DNA of 24,718 nucleotides from a virus (Duplodnaviria > Caudoviricetes): positions 1 to 24,718 of IMG/VR virus record IMGVR_UViG_3300030372_001399; one strand, 5' to 3'. Both the position numbers and the translations under genes were made by a program. This document shows, piece by piece, positions 17,659 through 24,718 of this stretch. Positions within the stretch are counted from its first letter, which is position 1. Each line of letters opens with the position of its first letter. Below the pieces are notes generated by a model that was not told the DNA's origin, searched no databases, and saw only the letters and a program-made list of their open reading frames with translations.

Positions 17659-18669
17659 CTAAGCCTCCGCATTGATAAGCACACCTTGACCAGCAAGATG
17701 GCTAATAGCCAACTGTGTACGGGTCATGATGTTAGATGACATAGCAGCATATCCAGAAATAGCTTTCATTTCGCCCATTTCAAAGAATGCGTCTTGATCG
17801 AAGTATACGTTGAACAGTTTAGAGTTCAAGAAATACATAGACATTTTATCGCCACCACCAATAGCAAAGCCAAGGTTAGGCTCAATGTACATCATTGCAC
17901 CGTTATAAAGCAATCCAAGCTTTCCAGACAATCCTCGCATTTGTTCCATGCTTGAATATCTTTCTTGTGCTGTAAGTGCAGAACGATACAATTCATATGA
18001 CAATGGAGAAGCAAGAATAATATCAACTTCGCCTTCTGGTGCATATGTTTGAGTATCAATCATTAGTTTGCTCATTTTTGACAAACCATTAGCAGAAAAG
18101 TTTCCTGCTACATCAGCAACTTGATTCTGCCATGATTGCAAAAAGTCTGCTTTAACAATTCCACCTACTGTATTTGCGTTTTGTGCGCCAAATGCAGCTT
18201 TGTTAAAAAAGCCAGTATTCTTTGTTTCACCATTCAAGGTGTTAAGCTCAGTCAGAACGGTAGAGGTACCAGCAACAACCTGCTTACACCATTCACGTTG
18301 AAGCATACCCATAACGGACTTCAATCGTGCTTCGGCAATACGGATTACTGCTCGGTCGCCTTTGTTTGTAAGTTGTTCTTTTTCTGTAACAACAACAGGC
18401 GCAACAAAGTCACACCAGTCAAACTCGGCAGTTCGCAGCGGATCTTTAACAGCAAGGTTAACGCTTTCATAACCAGTTGATAATTGTGTAATAGATGAAT
18501 GTTCGGCCAGAATGACCGGGTGATTAACTTTAGAACCACCGTTTACTTTCTCGATGTTTCCCTTAGCTTTAACCGCGTCCAAGAGAGGGATCGTACGGAA
18601 TGTATTATCCACTTCCCTGTCACGCAAAATGCGCAAGGTACTCGCAAGTACGTCAAATGACAACGCCAT
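17659..18669 (-). CDS. Major capsid protein (336 aa)
   Basis: Size, position after the scaffold, strong SD (GGAG), and the pattern DNTF..IPLL...GG.KV.HPV...TAEFDW...P.VVT..E...NKG...MYFLNSK seen in podovirus HK97-fold capsids. Confidence 0.88.
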   Translation of the reverse strand: MALSFDVLASTLRILRDREVDNTFRTIPLLDAVKAKGNIEKVNGGSKVNHPVILAEHSSITQLSTGYESVNLAVKDPLRTAEFDWCDFVAPVVVTEKEQLTNKGDRAVIRIAEARLKSVMGMLQREWCKQVVAGTSTVLTELNTLNGETKNTGFFNKAAFGAQNANTVGGIVKADFLQSWQNQVADVAGNFSANGLSKMSKLMIDTQTYAPEGEVDIILASPLSYELYRSALTAQERYSSMEQMRGLSGKLGLLYNGAMMYIEPNLGFAIGGGDKMSMYFLNSKLFNVYFDQDAFFEMGEMKAISGYAAMSSNIMTRTQLAISHLAGQGVLINAEA

Positions 18670-18704
18670 TTTTAACTCCAGTTTGTTTATGTTTAGTCTC
18701 TTGG

Positions 18705-18753
18705 GGCGTATCCGCTATGCGGGGCCTGACTTAGGCGTATCCAAACCGGGGCC
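18705..18753 (-). promoter_or_regulatory. Tandem structured repeat in the MCP leader (putative cis-regulatory RNA)
   Basis: Two copies on the minus strand, GGCCCCGGTTTGGATACGCC (18753-18734) and GGCCCCGCATAGCGGATACGCC (18726-18705), 7 nt apart. Each folds into a hairpin with the same internal loop. Confidence 0.7.
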
Positions 18754-18773
18754 ACTGTCAAATTAGTAGTACC

Positions 18774-19616
18774 TTATTTTCTTTGAGATAGCAAGTATTC
18801 ATACAATTCTACTGCTTTCATTTCTTTTGCATTGGGTGGTGCAGTAATACCAGCACGCTTACCATTGGCAATTTTTAATCCAGCAGCTCTTGCAGCACGT
18901 CTTCTATTTTCTTCTTTCATTGTCAGCGCATTGTTCTGTTCTTTTGCGGCTTTGCCTTTAACAATCCAATATGCTTGCTCTAATGTAAGGTTTTCATTTG
19001 CAACCAATACCGTTTTAACTTCAGCTTTAAACTTGTCATCAGTCTTTAACTCTTGATGTTGTTCAATAAAGTTATTTAACTTAGACCTGGCTTGTACCTT
19101 TTGTTGCTCCTGATACATCGGTTCAAGAACAGACTGTAGTCTTTTGGCTACGGCTTTCTCAACATACTTTTTAAAAGACGCCTCATCAAACGGATCAAAC
19201 TCTTCCCCAGCTTCATCAGCAAGAGATTGTAAATTTTTATAAGCGTCGGATTCATAAAGATTTTTTTGAAGAGCCAATGCTTTTTCATGCTGTTCTTTAG
19301 CTTCCTTGCGCTGTTTACTAAGCTCCTGAGTCTTCTGCGTGTAGTTCTTACGCAGCGATTGCATAGCCCTTTTAACTTCGTCAGGTTGATTTTTATAAAT
19401 AGAATCCCATGACTCGCCATCCCGTAAGCTTTCTTCTTCAACCACTTCACCATTTTGTTCGGCCTCATGCTTTTTCAATATCGCTTCTATGCGATCTTCT
19501 GGTGTGTCGGGTTGAGGCGCACCAACAGCTTCGGGAGCCGTTGCCACCGCGTCTTCTGAAGTTGTTGGGGCCTCGTTTGTTTCACCCGCCGTCACAGGGG
19601 CTGTTTCTTCTACCAT
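18774..19616 (-). CDS. Capsid scaffolding protein (280 aa)
   Basis: Acidic disordered N-terminus, coiled coil with SLRKNYTQKTQELSKQRKE (YTxKTQ scaffold motif), basic C-terminus with a terminal helix. Directly upstream of MCP. Confidence 0.82.
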   Translation of the reverse strand: MVEETAPVTAGETNEAPTTSEDAVATAPEAVGAPQPDTPEDRIEAILKKHEAEQNGEVVEEESLRDGESWDSIYKNQPDEVKRAMQSLRKNYTQKTQELSKQRKEAKEQHEKALALQKNLYESDAYKNLQSLADEAGEEFDPFDEASFKKYVEKAVAKRLQSVLEPMYQEQQKVQARSKLNNFIEQHQELKTDDKFKAEVKTVLVANENLTLEQAYWIVKGKAAKEQNNALTMKEENRRRAARAAGLKIANGKRAGITAPPNAKEMKAVELYEYLLSQRK

Positions 19617-20092
19617 TACATTCTCCTTAAAAATAACTCTTCATCAGTTTCAACTGGACCTTCTGGTGTTTCTTCAACTGTTACTTCTTCAGCAACAGGT
19701 TCTTCAGCACCTTGGTTTGCAATATAGTCCAATAGCTTTTCATCTTGTACAAGCTCTGCTATTTGAGCAGTAAGCATAGCCAGGTCACGATCATCCTCAA
19801 TAACTGAAAGATCAAACGCTGATTCAATACCTGCTTCGCTTGCAATACCTGCAATTCCCATCAATACATCCACAAACTCCGGCGGGAATGCGGTTATATC
19901 GGCATCAAATGCAGGATACAATGGCATACCAATCTTTGGCAAAAGCTTATTAACCTCATCAACCAAACGGTTTAGGGCTTCTGCTCCAAACTGTCCTTTA
20001 GGTGCTGCTTGCATAGCTGCATCAGTAGCCATCATTTCTTTTTCTGCTGCAACATCATCAATGTCAGCTTGAATATCTTGGGGTATAGACAT
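19616..20092 (-). CDS. Acidic hypothetical protein of the head module (158 aa)
   Basis: TAATG overlaps on both sides and SD GGAG. Hand count about 36 Asp/Glu vs 9 Lys/Arg. Confidence 0.75.
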   Translation of the reverse strand: MSIPQDIQADIDDVAAEKEMMATDAAMQAAPKGQFGAEALNRLVDEVNKLLPKIGMPLYPAFDADITAFPPEFVDVLMGIAGIASEAGIESAFDLSVIEDDRDLAMLTAQIAELVQDEKLLDYIANQGAEEPVAEEVTVEETPEGPVETDEELFLRRM

Positions 20093-20490
20093 TATATCTC
20101 CTGAGTCGCAAACGTATTGTCGATTGCTTTGGTTGTATCGTTGTGTTTGGCCAGTTCCGATTGAAACTTAACCACATCTTTTTCATGTTGTTTGTGGGTA
20201 GTGTATGATTCGTGTTGCGCTTCGTCAATCTCTTGTTCAGATACGGGTCTAATGTTGCGCTCTTTCATAATTTTATCACGATGCACGTTAGACTTTACAT
20301 ATGTACCAAGACCACGATCAAAATAACCATGAGAATCGCCCCATCTGCTTGGAGTATTGGCCCATAATGTGACGCATCTCTTCATAACACCGCTACATTC
20401 TTCGCAATTAACCACATCTTCTGCATCAAAAGACATGTAATGCTCTTCTGTTATGTTACATGTGTGGCATTTATAGTCGTAGATTGGCAT
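20092..20490 (-). CDS. FmdB-family zinc-ribbon protein (132 aa)
   Basis: MPIYDYKCHTC...CEECSGVMKR matches the MPxYxYxCxxC...CxxC FmdB-type Zn ribbon. SD GGAAGAG. Confidence 0.85.
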   Translation of the reverse strand: MPIYDYKCHTCNITEEHYMSFDAEDVVNCEECSGVMKRCVTLWANTPSRWGDSHGYFDRGLGTYVKSNVHRDKIMKERNIRPVSEQEIDEAQHESYTTHKQHEKDVVKFQSELAKHNDTTKAIDNTFATQEI

Positions 20491-20491
20491 G

Positions 20492-21073
20492 CTACTCTTC
20501 CATTAACAGGGTATATGTAAAGGTTTCGGCTTTTAACATCTTCTCTTGCATCTTACACAGGTCTATAAACTCGTCAAAGTCTTCATCAATAGCAAATACC
20601 TGGCAACCTGCGCTCCATTTGTTTACAGCAGTAGAGTGTCTTCCGGCTTTGTGGATGTTGATCCCATATAGGCCCTCATGTATGTTGTCAGGCTCCATAT
20701 CATGTACAGAATCCTTGTCATTATCCCTAAATACTTGTACTGGCTTGCGTTGACATAGGGCAGTGTAGACTCCTCTATGCTTTGCCAGCTTCCATGCGCC
20801 TCTATATTGCTTGTTATGCACCAATATAGCCGTACCTTCTACCCGCATAGGAAAATGCAGCCAGTATATCCCTGGATCAGTGGTAATAGCGTAGCGTTTC
20901 TCTTGCCATAGGCCCCATTTCTTGTAGATAACTACCAATGTATCGTCAAATTTGTTGGCAGTACCCAGATGTTTGCGGACACCTATGATATTTAGGTTGT
21001 AGTCTCCGTTTTCGAAGACGGCAAACCCCATTTCTTCTAATTTATCTAATAGTTTTGGGCGTGGATTAAGCAT
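20492..21073 (-). CDS. Putative peptidoglycan-acting enzyme with L,D-transpeptidase (YkuD)-like His/Cys motif (193 aa)
   Basis: GINIHKAGRHSTAVNKWSAGCQV gives H-x12-S-A-G-C, resembling the YkuD/Tlde1 catalytic H...[ST]xGC motif. Upstream TTDPG and RDNDKD motifs. No signal peptide apparent. Confidence 0.6.
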   Translation of the reverse strand: MLNPRPKLLDKLEEMGFAVFENGDYNLNIIGVRKHLGTANKFDDTLVVIYKKWGLWQEKRYAITTDPGIYWLHFPMRVEGTAILVHNKQYRGAWKLAKHRGVYTALCQRKPVQVFRDNDKDSVHDMEPDNIHEGLYGINIHKAGRHSTAVNKWSAGCQVFAIDEDFDEFIDLCKMQEKMLKAETFTYTLLMEE

Positions 21074-22754
21074 TAGGTAGGAACATTGCTATATCTTCTG
21101 GGCTGGGTTGCTGTCCAGGGGCAAGACCAGAGGATTGTTGAACACCCGCTTCTGCTGTTGTGGTTGCTGCGGGATCTGGAGATTGTGGTGCTGATGCAAG
21201 ATGCTCTAAAAAGGAATGTGGCAAGTCAAGGTAGCGTACCAATTCCTCTAACACCTTGTCTTGAGGCACACCCATATTGATCAAGGTAGGCAATGCAGCC
21301 ATAAACTCTTGTTTTTTAATAGCTTCTGAGACAGGAGTGGCGCCAGAGTCCTGTGCATAGAAGGTAAAGTCACCATCTAAATCGGCAAACCCAACTATGG
21401 TTGGCTCGCCGTTTAGAATCATCATGTCGCCTTCATCTTTAAGATACAATTTAAGCATCGAACAATAAATGTTAGCGGTCATTTCTATAGCAGCGTCACG
21501 TTCTCTGGCCAGTCTACCTACCTCAGAAGAAGAATATGCAGCCAATGCAGTTATCTCTGTAGCTGTGGCTCTGGTTGATTCGCCTCTTGTAAATGGTGCG
21601 AGTACAGATCCGCGTTCAAAATCTGTCTGTACTTGTTGGACGTAAGCTTGCAACTCATTTGGTACTGGCGTGTGTGGAACAGCTATAATTGAACCCGACA
21701 ACTGCTGTCCAGGGGATAGTTCAACTTCTATAAACTCGCCATCAACACCTTGCGAAAGCTTAGCCATGCACTCTGCATCAAATACGCCAGACTCTACAAT
21801 CCATTGCCGCGCGGCGCGTCGTACCATTGATGCTTGGTATGATCTAATAATGTTATGCTCTTGGACTTGATCGTATACTCTCCTTAAACTGGAATATCCT
21901 CGCATCGGGACATCCGGTTGGCGGCTGTAATAGAGAGGTACAATAGGAGCAAGGGGATAGCCCGCGCTATCTTTAAAGGGTATTTGGTCATATTTTTTTT
22001 CTTTGATCTCACCATCTGGCCCTTCTGGTAGCATAATGCCATCAGCTACAAACTTTTCGCCATTCTTATAGTCTGGACTCCAAACAAGAAAGCGATCATG
22101 CTCTATGTCATAAAACTCTACAATCTCAACGTATTGAAAGTTCGGATCTTCTGGTGGTTTCTCTTCGCTGTAGCCAAGGTTTACCGTTTCAGCATCTTGA
22201 TCTAAGTATCTAATCAATGGATGTGGGCTAAACTTCTTATTGCCGTAACGACTCTTAGCTTCTTTTTCAGTTAAGTAATAACGATGGCCTACAAATCTTT
22301 GACTGCTCCAAGACTGCGCATCAGTATCGACCAATACATCCCAAGGAGCAACCGCAGATACCGACACACGTTTGTATGGATCAGGGTGATCATTTGGCAC
22401 CAGCTTTAAAAATGAACAAGGATTGATTAATCCTAATCTGGTGGCATCCTCTAATTGGTTTCTAATATGTCCTAAGAACTCGTTGACAATGGCCTGTACC
22501 TTCTCTGGATCGCCATCGCCTCTAATATCTCCCTTAACAACAACAGCAGGTGAACGAGCAAACAAGGAAGCAACATAGCCTTCAATAAACTCATAAGCCC
22601 TGGAAGTCTCAATCAGTATTTGATTAGGAGTATGTGACTTGTCCCAATACCGACACATATATGCAGCTCGTAATTGTCTAAGCTCAGAGCGCAAATCATC
22701 CCAATACTTCTTGTGATCTTCATAATAGAGTTCTACAACTTTTGGCGTTATCAT
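21066..22754 (-). CDS. Portal protein (562 aa)
   Basis: Follows TerL with ATGA overlap. Size, VAPWDVLVD, YVEIVEFYD, TRATATEIT motif and a Pro/Gln-rich tail are typical of P22/T7-type portals. Confidence 0.88.
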   Translation of the reverse strand: MITPKVVELYYEDHKKYWDDLRSELRQLRAAYMCRYWDKSHTPNQILIETSRAYEFIEGYVASLFARSPAVVVKGDIRGDGDPEKVQAIVNEFLGHIRNQLEDATRLGLINPCSFLKLVPNDHPDPYKRVSVSAVAPWDVLVDTDAQSWSSQRFVGHRYYLTEKEAKSRYGNKKFSPHPLIRYLDQDAETVNLGYSEEKPPEDPNFQYVEIVEFYDIEHDRFLVWSPDYKNGEKFVADGIMLPEGPDGEIKEKKYDQIPFKDSAGYPLAPIVPLYYSRQPDVPMRGYSSLRRVYDQVQEHNIIRSYQASMVRRAARQWIVESGVFDAECMAKLSQGVDGEFIEVELSPGQQLSGSIIAVPHTPVPNELQAYVQQVQTDFERGSVLAPFTRGESTRATATEITALAAYSSSEVGRLARERDAAIEMTANIYCSMLKLYLKDEGDMMILNGEPTIVGFADLDGDFTFYAQDSGATPVSEAIKKQEFMAALPTLINMGVPQDKVLEELVRYLDLPHSFLEHLASAPQSPDPAATTTAEAGVQQSSGLAPGQQPSPEDIAMFLPNA

Positions 22755-24280
22755 CGGTTAACCTTCCAGGGAATAGGCATATCACGCAGTTTCTTAGCCC
22801 GTTGTTCAGAGATTAGCATATCCATATGATTCCGTCTTGCATTAGTTAACAATCTTCTGGGTATATCCCGAAGGCATCTATAGGCTAAAGCCATCGACAT
22901 TGCCATATCATCGTGCATTCCTTTTGGTGCCTCTGGTGTTACGCGCAACACAACTAACGCTCTTAGTTCAGCTAATACCTGCATATCTAAACAGGTAATC
23001 ATACCTGCGTTAACATATTCTCGTAATGTTTCAAACGCATCAAGTTTAGACTTAACAGATGTCGTCCAGTCCATACCCTTGTGAGATAGCCACAAGTTCC
23101 TATACCCAAGATGGCGCAAGCGATACAATACAACGTGTCCATGGTTATTAGACTCACACAACACCTTGGCGTCATTATACTTTTGTGCCACCCTTAATAC
23201 CACATCACTAAAATCAGTAGGGCTAATCGTATTGCTGCGATAATGATACACTGGCTGATTAGTAGACATTGATACTACAGTAATAGCTGAGTAGTCAGAT
23301 CCTACACCAGCAGCAACATCAACACCAATAGCATAACGATCATGCTCTAATGGCTCCTCATAGATGCGCTCAGTATCCGTAAAAGGAATGGCTTCTATCT
23401 TCAGCAAATCATCAGGATTAAAATACGTCGATGAAGCAAAGAAGAAAGCATCATCCATACATGCTGGGTATTCCCTTCTAAACTTCTCTATACCCAGTGT
23501 TGCTATCTGTTGTCTTCTCCAATACAACTGCTCATTATCCAAACCATAACGCTCTACTAAAGCCTTCTCCTGGTCTGTTTGTCTAAACTTCTTAGGTGCT
23601 GGCATCCTATACTTTTCATGCTCCCACCACCAAAAGGTCACAAGCTCCCATCCATTCTCAGGACATCCCTGCACCAAACGATGAAAGGCATCACCAGCCT
23701 TATTAGACGTAGACTCAATAATAATCTGACCGTTACCAACAGTAGCTGTAACCTGCGCTAACAACTCCTCTGGATCATCATAGAAAGCAAACTCAGACAA
23801 ATGCGCTGCTGTCAAAGTAAAAGATCGCGTACCACCCTTAGACCCCGCTGTATATGAACACAAAGAAGCCTGTGTATCTTGAAACTCCAATGTAGTCGTA
23901 TTGTTCAACGATAACTCACGATGCAACAACTTAGGCATTGAGTTCAATAATGTATTATCCATGCGCCTAAGATGCTTAGCAGAGCGATCATGAAAGCTAA
24001 TAACACCAAACTTTAACGGATCAGCAGTCTTATATACCTGCCACAAAGCATAAGCCCTAATCAATGTAGAAACACCAATCTGACGTGGCTTTAATACAAT
24101 CACACGTCTACGACCTATTAGCTTACCCAATAGCCGTAGTTGCTCTAAATTAGGATCAAACCGTACACGCTTACTACTTTCCTTATCCGGTATATGCAAC
24201 AGCTTTATAAACTTCTCTGGATCTTCCAGTATAGCTTTAAGCTCATCTTTTAAGTCTTGGGGTAAATCCTCAATTCTCAT
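22751..24280 (-). CDS. terL: Terminase large subunit (509 aa)
   Basis: Walker A VIVLKPRQIGVST, Walker B AHLSEFAF, coupling motif IIIESTSN, RNase H-like nuclease YAIGVDVAAGVGSDYS, VLCESNN and HDDMAMS. Confidence 0.96.
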   Translation of the reverse strand: MRIEDLPQDLKDELKAILEDPEKFIKLLHIPDKESSKRVRFDPNLEQLRLLGKLIGRRRVIVLKPRQIGVSTLIRAYALWQVYKTADPLKFGVISFHDRSAKHLRRMDNTLLNSMPKLLHRELSLNNTTTLEFQDTQASLCSYTAGSKGGTRSFTLTAAHLSEFAFYDDPEELLAQVTATVGNGQIIIESTSNKAGDAFHRLVQGCPENGWELVTFWWWEHEKYRMPAPKKFRQTDQEKALVERYGLDNEQLYWRRQQIATLGIEKFRREYPACMDDAFFFASSTYFNPDDLLKIEAIPFTDTERIYEEPLEHDRYAIGVDVAAGVGSDYSAITVVSMSTNQPVYHYRSNTISPTDFSDVVLRVAQKYNDAKVLCESNNHGHVVLYRLRHLGYRNLWLSHKGMDWTTSVKSKLDAFETLREYVNAGMITCLDMQVLAELRALVVLRVTPEAPKGMHDDMAMSMALAYRCLRDIPRRLLTNARRNHMDMLISEQRAKKLRDMPIPWKVNR

Positions 24281-24546
24281 AATTCATCATATTCAGCGTC
24301 TAATTGTTCCATTAATATCTCAAACTCTTCATCTGTTAAGTCACCAGAAGCATACATCTTTTCAATTTGATCAGCCTTTAAATCAACAGCTTTAAGCTGC
24401 TTATTAACAACAGGCTCAGGAGGCGGTGGCGTAAATTGCCTACCCTTACGAAGGTTCTTTAAAAACTCCTCACGCACCCTGCGATATTCTTCTGGATCAA
24501 AATTATTGTTTACAACACTACGAAGCATCTTTGAATCATCAGCCAT
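24277..24546 (-). CDS. Small protein upstream of TerL with C-terminal SHOCT-like motif (89 aa)
   Basis: Start moved from GTG 24558 to ATG 24546 because GGAGG (24556-24552) lies 5 nt upstream. C-terminus QIEKMYASGDLTDEEFEILMEQL. ATGA overlap with terL. Confidence 0.65.
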   Translation of the reverse strand: MADDSKMLRSVVNNNFDPEEYRRVREEFLKNLRKGRQFTPPPPEPVVNKQLKAVDLKADQIEKMYASGDLTDEEFEILMEQLDAEYDEL

Positions 24547-24551
24547 TTCAT

Positions 24552-24583
24552 CCTCCACAACTTTAGTATAGCGCGTTGTGAGG
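24552..24583 (-). promoter_or_regulatory. Candidate promoter (-10 TATACT) bracketed by an inverted repeat
   Basis: TATACT at 24570-24565 on the minus strand, flanked by CACAAC (24556-24561) and GTTGTG (24575-24580). No convincing -35. Confidence 0.4.
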
Positions 24584-24718
24584 GGTAAGAAAAATTAGGG
24601 CGTATTTTTAGAGGGGTCCCCCTGCGGGGGTGTCGGACTGATTTTGGGGAGGTGGGGTCCAGCTGCAGTCAAGTGGCTACAAAATGCCATTATTTGACAT
24701 AATATAGAAGGGAGGGTT

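Larger units (their letters stand above)
1..24718 (-). mobile_element. Tailed dsDNA phage (podovirus-like) packaging/head/tail/ejection/lysis module
   Basis: About 22 tightly packed or overlapping minus-strand ORFs in the order TerL-portal-scaffold-MCP-adaptor-nozzle-ejection proteins. No host genes or att/integrase are seen, so free phage vs prophage cannot be decided. Confidence 0.96.

Noticed and set aside
17650-17700. Programmed frameshift or readthrough fusing MCP to the cement protein (T7 10A/10B style)
   Set aside because: No slippery heptamer near the MCP end, the next gene is out of frame with the TAG, and it has its own GGAGG SD.
18705-18753. Mini-CRISPR array interpretation of the tandem repeat
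   Set aside because: Only two copies of 20-22 nt, 7 nt apart, with variation inside the repeat. There is no spacer-length sequence and no cas genes.
11085-19468. Alternative-frame minus-strand ORFs (11085-11267, 14599-14919, 18345-18539, 19148-19468)
   Set aside because: They are nested in well-supported genes and show no motif or lipobox, so there is no evidence for overprinting.
1138-23761. Numerous plus-strand ORFs of 60-137 aa in the ORF track
   Set aside because: All lie antisense to long minus-strand genes, show no recognisable motifs, and have the Ser/Leu/Phe-rich composition of shadow ORFs.
22751-24280. Intein or intron in terL, portal or MCP
   Set aside because: The proteins are of ordinary length, with contiguous motifs and no splice-junction or homing endonuclease motifs seen.
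1-24718. Stop-codon reassignment
   Set aside because: Genes are long and abut each other under the standard code, and TAA, TAG and TGA all end genes at tight junctions.

Overview
The window is one continuous, co-directional (minus-strand) virion morphogenesis module of a tailed dsDNA phage with a podovirus-type layout. It shows no tape measure or sheath gene and no host, integrase or tRNA genes. Read in transcription order (right to left): small SHOCT-like protein, terminase large subunit, portal, L,D-transpeptidase-motif protein, FmdB-type Zn-ribbon protein, acidic protein, scaffold, major capsid protein, capsid cement protein, head-tail adaptor, tail nozzle, three short fibre-like proteins, three Cys-free ejection proteins (217 aa; 516 aa with C-terminal LysM; 2141 aa), two small beta-rich proteins, a 505 aa fibre, and two membrane-anchored lysis candidates, the last truncated. 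The most unusual signals are non-coding. A tandem pair of structurally conserved hairpins (GGC-C-stem-AUAC-GCC) precedes the capsid gene. A four-segment attenuator-like terminator/antiterminator starts in the stop codon of the cement gene, between head and tail genes. All protein calls come from motif recognition by eye and gene order; no searches were run.
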